Positions 23,550 through 35,342 of a DNA stretch of 41,458 nt are shown here, in pieces. Within the stretch, counting starts at the first letter, position 1, and every line of letters starts with the position of its first letter. The notes below the pieces were generated by a model. That model was not told where the DNA came from and did not search any database. It saw only the letters and a list, made by a program, of their open reading frames with translations. The position numbers and the translations under genes were made by a program. This DNA is from Chiloscyllium plagiosum (Eukaryota): NCBI RefSeq assembly GCF_004010195.1, contig NC_057758.1, forward strand, positions 9,191,815-9,233,272, written 5' to 3'.

Positions 23550-25695
23550 GAAACTCCTTGGATGCTGCCTGAACTGCTGTGCTCTTCCAGCACCACTAAT
23601 CCAAGAGCGTTGGAAATTATGTCTCCCAAACCTGATTGAGGTTTTTGAAGAAGTAACAAAGGGGATTGATGAGGGTAGAGTGGTAGATGTGATCTATAGG
23701 GACTTCAGTAAGGCATTCAGCAAGATTCCCCATGGGAGACTGGGTAACAAGTTTAGATCTCACAGAATACAGGGAGAACTCGCCATTTGGATACAAACTG
23801 GTTCAAACGTAGAAGAAAGAGGGTGTTGGTGGAGGGTTGTTTTTCATACTGGAGGCCTGATTCCAGTGGAGTGCTACAGGGATCGGCGTTGGGTCTTCTA
23901 CTTTTCACCATTTATATAAATAATTTGGATGTGAACATGAGAGGTATAGTTAGTGAGTTTGCAGATGACACCGAAATGGAAGGAACAGTGGACAGTGAGG
24001 AAGGTTACCTCCGATTCAACGGGATCTTGATCAGATGGGCCAATCGGCTGAGAAGTGGCAGATGGAGTTTAATTTAGGCAAGTGAAAGGTGCTCAATTTT
24101 GGGAAAGCACATCTTAGCAGGACTTGTACACTTAATGGTAAGGTCCTAGGCAGTGTGGCTGAACAAAGAGACCTTGGAGTGAAGGTTCATAGCTCCTTGA
24201 CCCTGGAGTAGCAGTAGATAGGATAGTGAAGAAGGCGTTTGGTATGCTTTCCTTTATTGGTCAGAGTATTCAGTACAGGAGTGGGAGGTCATGTTGCAGC
24301 TGCACACGGCATTGGTTAGGCCACTGTTGGAATATTGCGTGAAATTATGGTCTCATTCCTATCGGAAATATGTTGTGAAATGTGAAACGGTACAGAGAAG
24401 ATTTACAAGGATGTTGCCAGTGTTGGAGGATTTGAGTAAGCTAGGGCTGCATTTTCTGGAGCGTCGGAGGCTGAGGGTGACCTCATAGTTGTTGATAATA
24501 TCACCAGGGGCATGGATAGGTTAAATAGGCAAAGTCTTTTATCTGGGGTTTGGGAATCCAGAACTAGAGGGCATAGGTTTAGGGTGAGAGGAAAAAGGTA
24601 TAAAGGAGACCTAAGGGGCAACGTCTTCACACAGAGGGTGGTACATGTATTGAGTGAGCTGCCAGAGGAAGTGGTGGAAGCTGGTACAATTGCAACATTT
24701 AAAAGGCATCTGGATGGGTATATTAATAAGAGAGTTTTGGAGGGATATGGACCGGGTGCTGGCAGCTGGCAATGATTGGGTTGTAATATCTGGTCGACAT
24801 GGACAAGCTGGACCAAAAGGTCTGTTTCCGTGCTGTTCATCTATGTGACTCTATGACTCTATGGTTGGATGACTGAAGTAAATGCCTTCCAACACTCAAA
24901 GCAAGGGAGTAATCTGTCAAAAACATTACTTATCGGCGCAAAGTGAGGTTAGATAATTGACGGGTCCCAGTTCCGAAGTAAGAGCTCCTGAAATGTTATT
25001 CATCACTGTGAATGAGTCAGGGGAAATCTGTTTCCCAGAACCCTTATAGCAGTTCCCACGGTCTGAACAATTACTATGTTCTCGCTGGTACTTCAGGAGC
25101 TGTGAAAGTTGGATGAATCGCTTCCCACCTTACAGCATATGATACAGAAATGATTCTCTTCCAACATACTCTGGCTTTCTCATTTCTGAAACTGCATTTA
25201 CTACTGAACAGGCCAGGTGTTCATCTGAATCCTCTTCAAAGGACAGAACAGTTGTCAGATTTGACCCTACTGTGAGGTGTCACTTTTCATTCCATGTTAA
25301 AAATCCAATGAGTGATATTCTGATGCTGACGAATCCAATGTACATCACGTCTTCGGCTGGGAAATTCTTTTTGCTTCCTGACTAGGAATGTTCCCTTTCC
25401 AAAAACATGTGAAACATGCTTGAAGAAGGAAATAGTCACCATGGAAGTTCGTATCTTATATGTTATGGAACAGACTAGCCGTCATTAAAATATGCTAAGA
25501 AGGTAACTGAGTGCCCAGCCTTTTCTTGTTTGAAAGACAAATGTAACATATCGATACCAATGTAATGCGACTGATCAAGTGCTGTGCCACATTATACAAA
25601 ACAAAATTCACTTGAGTGAAATAGTTAAAATATAATCGAAAGGAATACGAATTTGAAATAACTTAACCCTATTGGAAACATAAGAATAATAGTCT

Positions 25696-25837
25696 TGATT
25701 TGGAGGTTCTGGTGTTGGATTGGGGTGGACAAAGTTTTAAAAAAAATCACAGAACACCAAGTGACAGTCCAAGTGGTTTGGAAGTCCTCACAAATGAATA
25801 TGAAGGACTATAACCTGCTGCTGTGTGAATTTTAACT
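25696..25837. mobile_element. Short inverted-repeat insertion in the 3' LTR, probably Penelope-like termini
   Basis: AAAAATCACAGAACACCAAGTGACAGTCC (~25742-25770) is imperfectly complementary to GGACTATAACCTGCTGCTGTGTGAATTTT (~25805-25833). The segment is absent from the 5' LTR. Confidence 0.5.
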
Positions 25838-25865
25838 GATAATAATTGATATGATAAATATTACT

Positions 25866-25910
25866 AATTTAGATTAGATTTAGATTTAGATTACATACAG
25901 TGTGGAAACT
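25866..25910 (-). mobile_element. Very short SINE/LINE 3' tail
   Basis: (TTAGAT)n followed by ACAGTGTGGAAAC, the reverse complement of an HE1/CR1-type tail. Confidence 0.6.
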
Positions 25911-26277
25911 GATCAAATATTGGAACATTCCATACAGACACTCCTTGGCAAAAAAAAGGAAATTCACCCATTCTCACATTCCTGGAAAAAGAAGAGATAA
26001 TGACAAAATCCGGAGAGATCAGAAGCTGGGAGACATTCACTGATGTTTCGAACACTTCTAAGACTCCATTAGCTTCTGATGTTGTTCAAAACAAATTTTA
26101 ATACATGAAAGCTGGCCGCATTCACTCAGGCTGCATTAAAAAAATCCAAGGTCACCAAAAATATTCATTCAATTGGTCTTCCGTCGCCAGATGTCAAACT
26201 CTGCCTTACCACATCTCTTTACAAAAATTAAAACCGAGCCAGCACAAAATGACTCTTAACGTGACAGTATCGTCACA

Positions 26278-26297
26278 CTTACCCCTAAAAAAAAAAC
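26278..26297 (-). other. U-tract plus polypurine tract of the LTR element
   Basis: Minus strand T-run then AGGGGTAAG, directly abutting the TG of the 3' LTR. Confidence 0.7.
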
Positions 26298-29200
26298 TGG
26301 TGGCTTCATTTTGAAAATCCTTAGTCTTACTCTATTGGTACTCTACAATATACATGCATTACGTAGACTTCTAGTTCGCAAACATTCACTCCTACAACCT
26401 ACTTCAATCCATTTACTCCCACGACTGAACACCTCCATCTGTCTTCATCAATGTTGCAACATTGCATCAGTAATTATGTTTTCTCATCTTGCCAAGTGCA
26501 TGGTTTTTTTAATGGTGGATGGCTGCAATGATAAGCTTCTTCTGAAGAGTCTGGAACTTTTGTCCCTCGCCTTCTCCCAAATGTTAAAGGGTTATGATCC
26601 TTGTATGCCATTCTCTCAGATGCATTACTGGCCAATATAAATGTTGAAATGTTGTCATGCCCACAACAAACTCAAGATTTCCTTCCCAACCGCAGACTAT
26701 TTCTGGTGTGGAGTGCTCAATTTTCTGGAAAGAAGAAGAAAATATATCCGTCTCGTTGATTTCTTGCAAGTATACGGAACTGACATCCACATCACTCGCA
26801 TCGATACCCACCTTCATGAGATGTGCCTGACACTTGGGGCAATGTTTAATAAAACATGCAGACTTCAAAATTCTTTCTGACAGTCTACTGCCCAATGAAA
26901 CTTCCTGCACTTTTTCAAAAAAATTATTCTTTGGAGCAACGACATGCTAAAGTGTGGTAGGAACATCCAATAAAACTCCCACAATCCCAGGAATCATAGC
27001 ACTGCCCTTTTCATAGATGATATGGGAAAAACCCAAATAATATTTCTTTTCACATCGCGTGAGGCCATCTGATTGTGAAGAATAATTTGTCCCAGGAATG
27101 AGACTTGTGCTGTTGTGAACTGACCATTAGGCAGGTTGATCACCAAGCCTGTTCCCTGAAGTCGATTGACCAATTTCAATAGATGCTGCAAATGTTCCTT
27201 ACATGTGTGACTGAACATCACCAGGTTCTCGATGTGAACCTCACTTTTAGGAAATCAAGAAATAAATATATTTTTTCGTCTTTGAAATGTAGGTGGCACA
27301 TTTTCATACTAAGTTGCATGACTTTATTTGGCATAGTCCATTCAGTATTACAAAAGCTGAAATTATCTTTGTTATTTCAAATAATGATACCTATTGGTAT
27401 CCTCTGAGTACGTCCCAATTAGGAACACAAGTTGCTTGTTCCAACTTATTAACACAGTTTTCAGACTTAGAATCCGAAATGACTCAGACGTCGTAACTGC
27501 ATTGACTTTGCGATAGTCCACACATAATCATTGGGTTCCACCTGGTTTTGGCATGATTAACATGGGAGAGCTCCACTTGCTGAAATTCTGTCCGATTATG
27601 TTGTCTTTAAGCATGCATGCAATCTCTTTTTGAACATTTTCCAACTGTTGAAGGTTAAGTGTATAAGGATATTGCTTAACTGGGACAACATTTCCTCGAT
27701 CATGCATAACTAGGTTAACATTCCCACTTTATTCCAACATATCTATCCACGTTAATGTAACAACTCTTTCAGATCATTGCGATTTTCCTTTGGAAGGTGA
27801 CTCAATAATTTATCACTTTTTTGAGAACGTACTCATTATCAGTGTTAATTTGGTGACCGACCAATTCAGAATCCACTGAGCCTGCTTCTTCACTCTGTGT
27901 TGTGTCCAGTAATCCATCCTCCTTCCCTTTCAAAATATTGTTTGAGCTTATTCCTATGATGCACACTGCGATATTTCTTTCCATCTTGCATTCTTATCAA
28001 TTAGCTCACCCCACCGAATCTCCTCTCGAATTGGTAAGGCCCATTAAACCTTGCTGTTAAAGGGTCACTTGTCATTGGAAGTTTCACTCGCACTTTATCT
28101 CCACTAGCAAAGTTACTAATTTTTGATTTCTTGTCAGGTTCCTGTTTCATCACATGCTGTGCTACTTTTATAATGTCAACTCACCAACTCTGTTTAATCT
28201 TTCCATAAAATTCGGCTCATGGTCCAAATACATGGTCTCTGAACACTGACTCGCCAACTTCTTCTTTATTAATTTCAGTGGTCCTTTCACCTCATGCCCA
28301 AACAAGACTTTAACTGGACTGAATTTGGCAGATTCATTTGATACATCTCTAATTGCATATAAGATACAGACGGAATTGTTTTATCCAAATCCTCTGGGTA
28401 GTTTTGACCACAATCATTAACGTGGTCTTTAAAGTTTGATGCTGCCGTTCTGACGCTCCCAGTGATTCTGGAAGGATTTGAATTGCTTTATTCCGAAGTT
28501 ATCCACAAGTTCCTTGAAAGATTTAGAGGTCAATTTTGACCCTTGATCTGATTGCATCTCAGTTAACATTTGAATAATCCTTCTACAACCCTTTTAGCCG
28601 TGACATTGTGTTATGTAAATCTCGTGGACACATCCATTAAGGTCAACAAATACCGATTCCGATTTCTTGTTTTAGGCAGAGGGTCTATGCAATCAATTAA
28701 AATCCCTGTTAAAGGTTCCTCAAGTCTTGTTAAAGCTGCTGGTTTTATCGTTGCCTGAAACTTTCCAATTAGCTAAATTGTATGAGATGTCTGGCAAACT
28801 TCAGTTGCATCATTGTGAAGAATTGCCAGTCAATATGTTTTTATACACTGGCTTGGGTTTCCTTGCTTCCAATTATCCCAAACTGTTAATTCATGTGTAA
28901 TCCGTAAGATCTCCTTTCTATAATCCACGGATAGTACAACGTGATGGATTCTGCCTATTTGCTATCTGTCTGAATGTCTGATAGTCTCCGTTTCCTCATC
29001 AAATGCAGTTTTTAAGGTCATAGCAGTCGAAGATACATTTACGTGCTCCTGTGGATGCCTATTTATACAACTGCTTCACTTTTATTATGTTTCCGCTGTC
29101 AGTCAAATAATTGCCCTAACTTATAAATATCCACTTTGCTCTCGAGCTGGTCTTGTTTTTTTTCTCTATCATTTGATGAAGAAAAGGTCTTTGATAATTG

Positions 29201-30055
29201 TACTTCGAACTTCCTTATCTTTTTTATTTGATTTCTCCTCTTGCTCGAACCTTTGACTTTGTGATCGTGTTATCACACAGTCGGGAAATATTGCAGCATA
29301 TATATCCTGTAATACCTTAACTGCTTGCTTTTCCAAAGGCTGTTTAACCACCTTTGGCATCACTCCACCCTGTGATCCAACTGCATCATTAGCAAGGACA
29401 AACTGTATTTCTGGAACTGACTATTTCTCCGCTACTCTTACCCCCACTTCTTCATTTTTTCACTGGAAAGTCCAACCACATTTTAAATAATGGAGCAATT
29501 CTCATCTCTTCACGAATTTCACATGTTACAACCTAAAATGGCAATCGTCCTTCTGAATGACATACCTCCTGAATTGCTCACCATCAAAGCCTGACACCAT
29601 TCCATATCTCTTAAAATTGTATTTTCTTTATCTACTCCTCTTGTGATGTTCAAGTAAACATTACCCTCGCAGGGAAATCGTTAAATGAAATCTAGCATTT
29701 CTTTTCAACTAACCTGTGGCCAGCTTGACACATTCTTGCACAGCATTTTTACTTCCACTGTGCTTACCTTTCCACTTCCAGCAGAATTCACTGTTTTAAC
29801 CTACTTTAACACATCCATCTTCCCAGTACTTTTGTTGAACCACCAACCGTGCGACTTTATTACAATGGAAGCATCAGAGTCTTTTCCCTTCTATTCCCAC
29901 CTCATGGCTTTCCTTTTCTTTGCCCCAGGCAACCTATTTTTATTATCTTCAATGAGATCTCTTCTTTCCTTTCCAAAACTGAGGATTTCTATTTTGTCCA
30001 AGTTTTATCTCACACAGACTGAAATTTTTGCTGGAAATCAAACATTTATGTGCCA

Positions 30056-30140
30056 CAGAATCATAGAGTGGAAACAGGCCCTTCTGTCCAACAATTCGAC
30101 ACCGACCCTTTAAAGAGTAACCTACCCAGAACCATTCCCC
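30056..30140 (-). mobile_element. SINE 3' fragment inside gag region
   Basis: TGGAAACAGGCCCTTCTGTCCAACAATTCGACACCGACC, similar to the SINE tail at 36048-36110. Confidence 0.65.
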
Positions 30141-31015
30141 TGCAAACCACTAAGCCACCGTGCTTTATGAAGCAACAACAGCCCATCAGCCATTTCAATT
30201 GCTCATCCTCCCGTTTCACCTCTCTGTTCTTCCACACGAGTTCTCATTACTCCTGGAAGTAAATTATTGAACTCCTCCAAAACAATCGTCCCTCTTAGTG
30301 GTTTTAACGTTAGATCTTATCCACCGATCCAAATTGCTTTGTATTGCCATTTCAAACTCAATGCACGATTAGTCATTGATTCCTGAAACGTTGTTTATTG
30401 GCTTCTGGCACTAGGACATTTGCAGTTGAGATAGCTTTTTCACCTCATTATACTCCGTAGAAATCTCCTGTTATAGTTTTAGAAATACCTCACTACGTCT
30501 ACTTCCCAACTTTGTTTCGATTAACAATACCAGCGTGGTATCTGATCACTTCTTTTCTTTCGGCATTCTCTCAAATGAAATGTAAAATGGCTTCTACCTC
30601 CTTCTAATCGAATATCTGCAGCGCTTCGATATATTTAAACAGATATCCACCTGGCCGTTGGCTACAATGGATTTACTCGTTATCGCTATTCTCACGAAGA
30701 CTATCTTCTATCTTCACCTCTGTCTTTTTAAAGTGGACTTTCTTCTCTAATTGCCAAAGTTTAAAGCTAAAACTCTCTCTTCCTGCTTTTGTTTTCTCAC
30801 TTTTTTTTCTTTCTTTCTTTATTCTGGCAGGACCACTTTCTCTGTTTGAAATCGTAGCTTAAACTGTTTAATTTCCTTTTCTCTTTATTTTGACTCGACT
30901 TGAAGCTGTTTCATTGCAATTAAATTTTTACATTTCCAAAAATTCCAAAGATAATTTCGGCAATCATAAATAATGTGCAATTGCCACAACCATCTTTCTC
31001 CTCCTTCCAGCGTGT

Positions 31016-31117
31016 TATAGAACATAGAACATTACAGCGCAGTACAGGCCCTTCGGCCCTCGATGTTGCGCCGCCCTGTCATACCAATTTGAAGCCCACC
31101 TAACTTGTACTATTCCA
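31016..31117 (-). mobile_element. Young CR1 3' tail fragment
   Basis: ATAGAACATAGAACATTACAGCGCAGTACAGGCCCTTCGGCCCTCGATGTTGCGCCG with CpGs preserved. Confidence 0.8.
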
Positions 31118-31356
31118 ATGTGTTTGCCAATTCTAAAAGATTTGCCTTTCTTACGTTTTGTAAAACCCCCAAACTGATTTGTTCCACCCCTAGAAAACTC
31201 TTAACGAACGGATGAACCATTCCGACTCAAGGTACACACTGTTTGAGCTAACCGAATTCAACACTTGACTTTAAAGACTCCAACAAACACCACTTGCAAC
31301 CTTGAAGTCCAACAAACGAGAACCTAAGTTGCAGTTTGGGATTTCGATCACGACTA

Positions 31357-31365
31357 GAGCCCCCA
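31357..31365 (-). other. Primer-binding site (tRNA-Pro)
   Basis: TGGGGGCTC 3 nt after the LTR end ..TAACA. It matches the first 9 nt of the complement of the tRNA-Pro 3' end. Confidence 0.8.
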
Positions 31366-31368
31366 GTT

Positions 31369-32088
31369 TGTTATTGACCAGACCAGACACCTCACAATAG
31401 TTTAAGGCGGTACCCTAGACTCTAACATTTTCTTATTTCAAAGGCAGATGTGAGGTGTCTGTTACTGACGAATGTGACTGGTCAAACTACTCGACAAGAG
31501 GCAAGTCACAATTTATTTGAACATTGTCGTTAAAATACAATCAAAGAAAAAATAACTTAGAACAACTTAGCTGTGTTAGCAATTTAACAACATAATAGAT
31601 CCAATAACGACTACCAATTAAATGGTCCAACGAAGCAACACTTGGAATACGCGCCCCTTGTCAAACCAGTGACATTCAGACACAGCTTCTCACATGCAGT
31701 TCTCCACTCCAGGAGGAAAAAGATATGAAGAGAAAATCCAGCGAGAGTGGCAGTGAAATTCACTGAAGCATCTAACTCTATCCAGACTCCAATATATTCT
31801 GATGCTACTCGGAAATCTTAATCTGTGAGACCTGACCATACTCATTTAGGGTGCATTGAAAAGAGCCTGATGAAGGGCTTACGCCAGGAAAGTCGACTCT
31901 CCTGCTCCTCGGATACTGCCTGAACTGCTGCTCTTTTCCAGTGCCAGACTTGTCGACTCCGCATTTTAAGAAAAAGCCTCCAAGCTGTTTCATCAAGTGT
32001 CAACCTGCAGCCAGATAGAGACCTTTACCTTCTTATCTCACTTCAAATAAAGAACCTAATAATCTCTTAAAGCGACACCATCCTCAGA
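31369..32088 (-). repeat. 5' LTR of the Gmr1-like element
   Basis: Plus strand TGTTATTGACCAGACCAG...CTCTTAAAGCGACACCATCCTCAGA matches TGTTATGGAACAGACTAG...CTCTTAACGTGACAGTATCGTCACA at 25461-26277. AATAAA at 31517-31512. Confidence 0.8.
31866..31960 (+). mobile_element. Penelope-like terminal fragment with decayed hammerhead motif, inside the 5' LTR
   Basis: C-CTGATGA-A-GGGC-TTAC-GCCA-GGAAA-GTC-GACTCTCCTGCTCCTCGGATACTGCCTGAACTG. Confidence 0.75.
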
Positions 32089-32925
32089 TATAAACACAAT
32101 TATTGTACCAATTCCATTTGGAGATGGGAATGTACCACTCTGTCTAGTTTTGCACAAGACTCTGGACTCAATTGAGGTGGAGAGTTTGGAATGGAGAAGG
32201 GAGAATGAAGACTGTTTTTGGACACCCTCAACTGAGTAAGATAATATACAAAACTTCTAAAACGTACATATCCCGATACCCAGAAAGACAATGGCAGATA
32301 AAACATTTAGTCACTTAGTTGAGAAGTAACTTAGCGGAAAAAATGTCATATTTATATTTTAGCTGATATTTGCTGAAGAGCAAGAACAAAGATGACGTCA
32401 CCTCTTGCATATTTCCGTTTCGTTTTTCTTCAGCAGCTTATGAATGATAAACATACCACATGCGAGAGAACTCCGCTGTATCCTGGGCTCGTATCCTTTC
32501 CATTTTAAACAATCATATTCCCCAGTCGACTTGATGTCTCAGTTTTCTTAAAATAGTGTTAATTCTGCACCTTTCTCCAGAGAAATCTCTGATATTCTGA
32601 CCTGATTATATCTGGTCTAACTGTCGATGGCCAACATGCAGAAAACATTTTTTTTTTATCATTTCCATATCTTTGTACACTAAACGTGAACGGAAAATGA
32701 TCTTCAAAAATCTGCTCAATGACAGAATGAAAATAATGGTGCAATGGGGAAAGTTCGCGTCCCATGAACATGCACTTGTGTTTGTTCGATTGTGTGTGTG
32801 TGTCTCTTATAAAATTGTACAGTATGTCAGGGCTTAAAACTTGTATCTTTCAAGTGGGTCTTTGATATTCACAAGAAAGGATGTCCTGGAACGTAATACC
32901 CAATTTCTGTTACATTTTGCAACGT

Positions 32926-33836
32926 TTAGATTTTAAAAGTTTTAACCAATATTTTCAGTGGATATTGTAAAACACTCTTTAACTCCTGCCTAAATTTTCT
33001 TTGGGTCCCAGCATAAATAAATGGGTTAATGGAGGAACTCAAAAGGAGAAGCATGAATCCGGCCTGTTGGAGAATAAACGTGGAATCACTGACATTCGAA
33101 CCTGTGGAATAAGTGACATGCGCAATTTGGACATTCAGGATCGTCACAAAATAAAGCAAATTTAACAGAATGAAATTGCCTGAGATAGCGAAAAGCAAAA
33201 CAATGGACATCCGCCGCTTCTCCATCTCTGGGTCAATCTGATGTTGTCCATTGTTCTGGATGCGGAGTCTTCGACGTGCTTTATTGGCTATCAGAATGTG
33301 TCTCACCGTCAATACATTGAGCAGTAAAATTAGAATAATTGGGAGACAAGGAGTTAAAATGGATCGTAACCAGTCATATGCAGTCCAGGCTAGTGACGTA
33401 TAATATATTTCTTTTATGACACAGAACCAAGGTACCCCATTAATTACGTACTGGGCTTCAAATTGAAAGTATTTGAAGACGTTTTTAAGGATGGCCAATG
33501 CAGAAACGATTCCTATCACCCACGCTGTCACGTTCGTTGTACAGTATTTCGTTTTCAAATTTTGACTAGAAATTGCCACAAAACGATCAAAGGTGAAAGC
33601 GACAGTTAACCAGACAGAGGTATCAATGGCGACAAAAATTAATACAATACGCACTGCGCACACTGGCGTTACAGACAGGTAACTGGATGGGAAGTAGACA
33701 GAAGCAATTCTGTTTAGTATTACAGCATTCAGCATGACGAGGAGATCTGTCACCGCCATGGACAGCAGATAATAGGTAACACATTCGGAAAGACCACATC
33801 TTCTTCGATACAGAACTATTACCACTGCTACATTCG
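32926..33836 (-). CDS. GPR139/GPR142-like GPCR gene 2, exon 2 (TM1-TM7, stop)
   Basis: Acceptor CTCCTCCCCCCTCTATTCCAG| at 33838-33837. Open frame with YLLSMAVTDLL, TPVC, FTFDRFVAI, PWFC, TPCLP..LLNVLTVRHI, DPEMEKRRMSIVLLFAIS, NPFIY..KFRQEL. Confidence 0.95.
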
Positions 33837-35342
33837 CTGGAATAGAGGGGGGAGGAGCGAATGGATGGAAGGAAAGGATAAAGGAGTTAGTGTTTCGATT
33901 CTCCATTTATCTGTTTTCTATAATACTGTTTGAACTGAATGCTTATAACTGCCAAAAAATGTTGTTTGCTTTTTGTTTTATCCTGTGGACAAGTATTGAC
34001 CAATTTTAACACCGTTATCCACGTTAAGTATATAACATATCAATAAGTGTATGGTACACAGTAGTCAAAGGAAAGAGGCCAAAGGAAAATAAAAATCGAT
34101 TAGACATCCACTCCAACACAGGACTATCAAGTCCACCAGAAAATTAACACAAAAACAGTAAAAGAAAATCTCTAGAAACAGCTGTTGTCGATAAATACTA
34201 AAACATCGAAGATGTGCAGAGAAAAACTACGTATGAAAAAAAAACTAATGCACTTAGGATGCAAGTATGTCATTTCCAGGATTAATTCAAACTGTTCACT
34301 CCTTGAAATGTGACTGCATACATTCTTATAGCTACCCTCATACTTTGGAAATGAACAAAACATGATGCTAAGTTCTTTTGCTCTTCAGTCACCAGAACAA
34401 GTACTGAGGGAAGCAAAAATAATTAAATGGAACATCAAGTAATGCATGTTAATGCACAGATGATCTTTGTGGATCCAAGGAGATGCATGAGAAAACGCAC
34501 AATGTCAACCTTATTTGATTGAACTAAACTGAAATGAGACTACTTAATTTTATTTGGCAGCAGTGTTTGACGTTGGCAATCCCACTGCAATTATAATTAT
34601 TCATAACCTTTCCTCTGTGTAAAAGTTGCAAGGTCTGTAAACATTCCTTTGCCTGTGCAGGACTCGAACCTCTTCAGCTATTATTACAGTCGGATATTCA
34701 GTGTCCATCTGCAACAATGCAACACTAGGTGCTGAGATCATGCTTGCAGAATAATCTCCCAATCTCTCCGCGTTACCCCCCCCCCCCCCCCCCCCCCCCC
34801 CGCTATTATCATAAAACAAAGCATAAAAATTTCTATTTCCTGATTAGGTTATCAGTGTTAGATTTGAACTACTATCTTTAATGGATATTTGTAATTGAGC
34901 ATTATGAATTACATATTAGAGATTCCACCAGTTTTGGTTCTTCATCTAAGATGAGGAAAATGGTGGTGTTGTGAAAAGGCTTGCCCCGTGGTAGTGACAG
35001 AGGAAACTCCACAATCAACGGTCGAATACTTGGACACATCATCAACAGTTAACACTGAAGAAGAACCTGTGAATTGGGAGAAACATCCCACTCTTCAGTC
35101 AAGGTCAACTGAAACGTTATCTCTCCCCAACCCCCCCCCCCCCCGACTCTCTCTCTCTCTCACACATTCTATCTCTCTCCCCCTTTCTCTCTCTCTCTCT
35201 TACTATTTGTCAAAAGTGCCGTGCTTAATACTGTCACCTTAGGAAATTCGTTCATTTATTCTGCGGGAATTATTCATTGGTGAAAGCCAATCGATTTTGA
35301 ATCAATTGCTGGCATAATTGTGCTGTGAAGATCAGTGGCACT

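Larger units (their letters stand above)
23373..23606. mobile_element. Non-autonomous Penelope-like insertion made of two inverted termini, with 14-bp TSD
   Basis: Perfect direct repeat GCGTTGGAAATTAT at 23359-23372 and 23607-23620. Inverted ~92-bp arms at 23414-23505 and 23512-23603 with a 6-nt spacer. Confidence 0.88.
21868..24863 (+). mobile_element. Near full-length CR1 ORF2 (EN + RT) with (GACTCTAT)n tail
   Basis: ALCYRPLNS, LDLLLGN, HFGARDHNSI, DFSKAFSKIPH, FADD, YCVKLWS. The tail is CTATGTGACTCTATGACTCTATG. Confidence 0.95.
21845..25295 (-). pseudogene. Decayed C2H2 zinc-finger gene (copy A), split by a 3-kb CR1 insertion
   Basis: From ATG at 25295: ME*KVTPHSRVKSDNCSVL*RGFR*TPGLFSSKCS..EK, GKRFIQLSQLLKYQREH, CSDRGNCYKGSG, IHSDE*HFRSSYFGTGTRQLSNLT, CFECWKAFT-QSSN. 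The last finger continues across the LINE as HQREHN* at ~21865-21845. Confidence 0.8.
25461..26277 (-). repeat. 3' LTR of the Gmr1-like element
   Basis: On the minus strand it starts TGTGACGATAC immediately after the PPT and ends ..CCATAACA. Collinear with 31369-32088. Confidence 0.8.
25461..32088 (-). mobile_element. Full-length decayed Gmr1-like Ty3/Gypsy LTR retrotransposon (gag-PR-IN-RT-RNaseH)
   Basis: Two homologous LTRs and TATA on both flanks (25457-25460 / 32089-32092). tRNA-Pro PBS and PPT present. Integrase (EPLTGILIDCIDPLPKTRNRNRYLLTLMDVSTRF..QSDQGS, ~28750-28420) lies upstream of RT (QYPYTLN..WSSPMLIMPKPGG..LCVDYRKVN, ~27690-26990) and RNase H (KVGIDASDVDV, ~26820). Confidence 0.88.

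Noticed and set aside
33837..33906. ORF-track N-terminus MENRNTNSFILSFHPFAPPPSIP of the 326-aa ORF
   Set aside because: This is read-through of the intron's polypyrimidine tract and lacks the TM1 YYP..IGVP segment. The true exon 1 is at 37106-37037, and the equal 70-nt length is taken as coincidence.
34393..34447. Alternative minus-strand mini-exon MHYLMFHLIIFASLSTCS with phase-1 GT
   Set aside because: Weak donor (GTGACT) and no GVP motif. The 37037-37106 exon fits far better.
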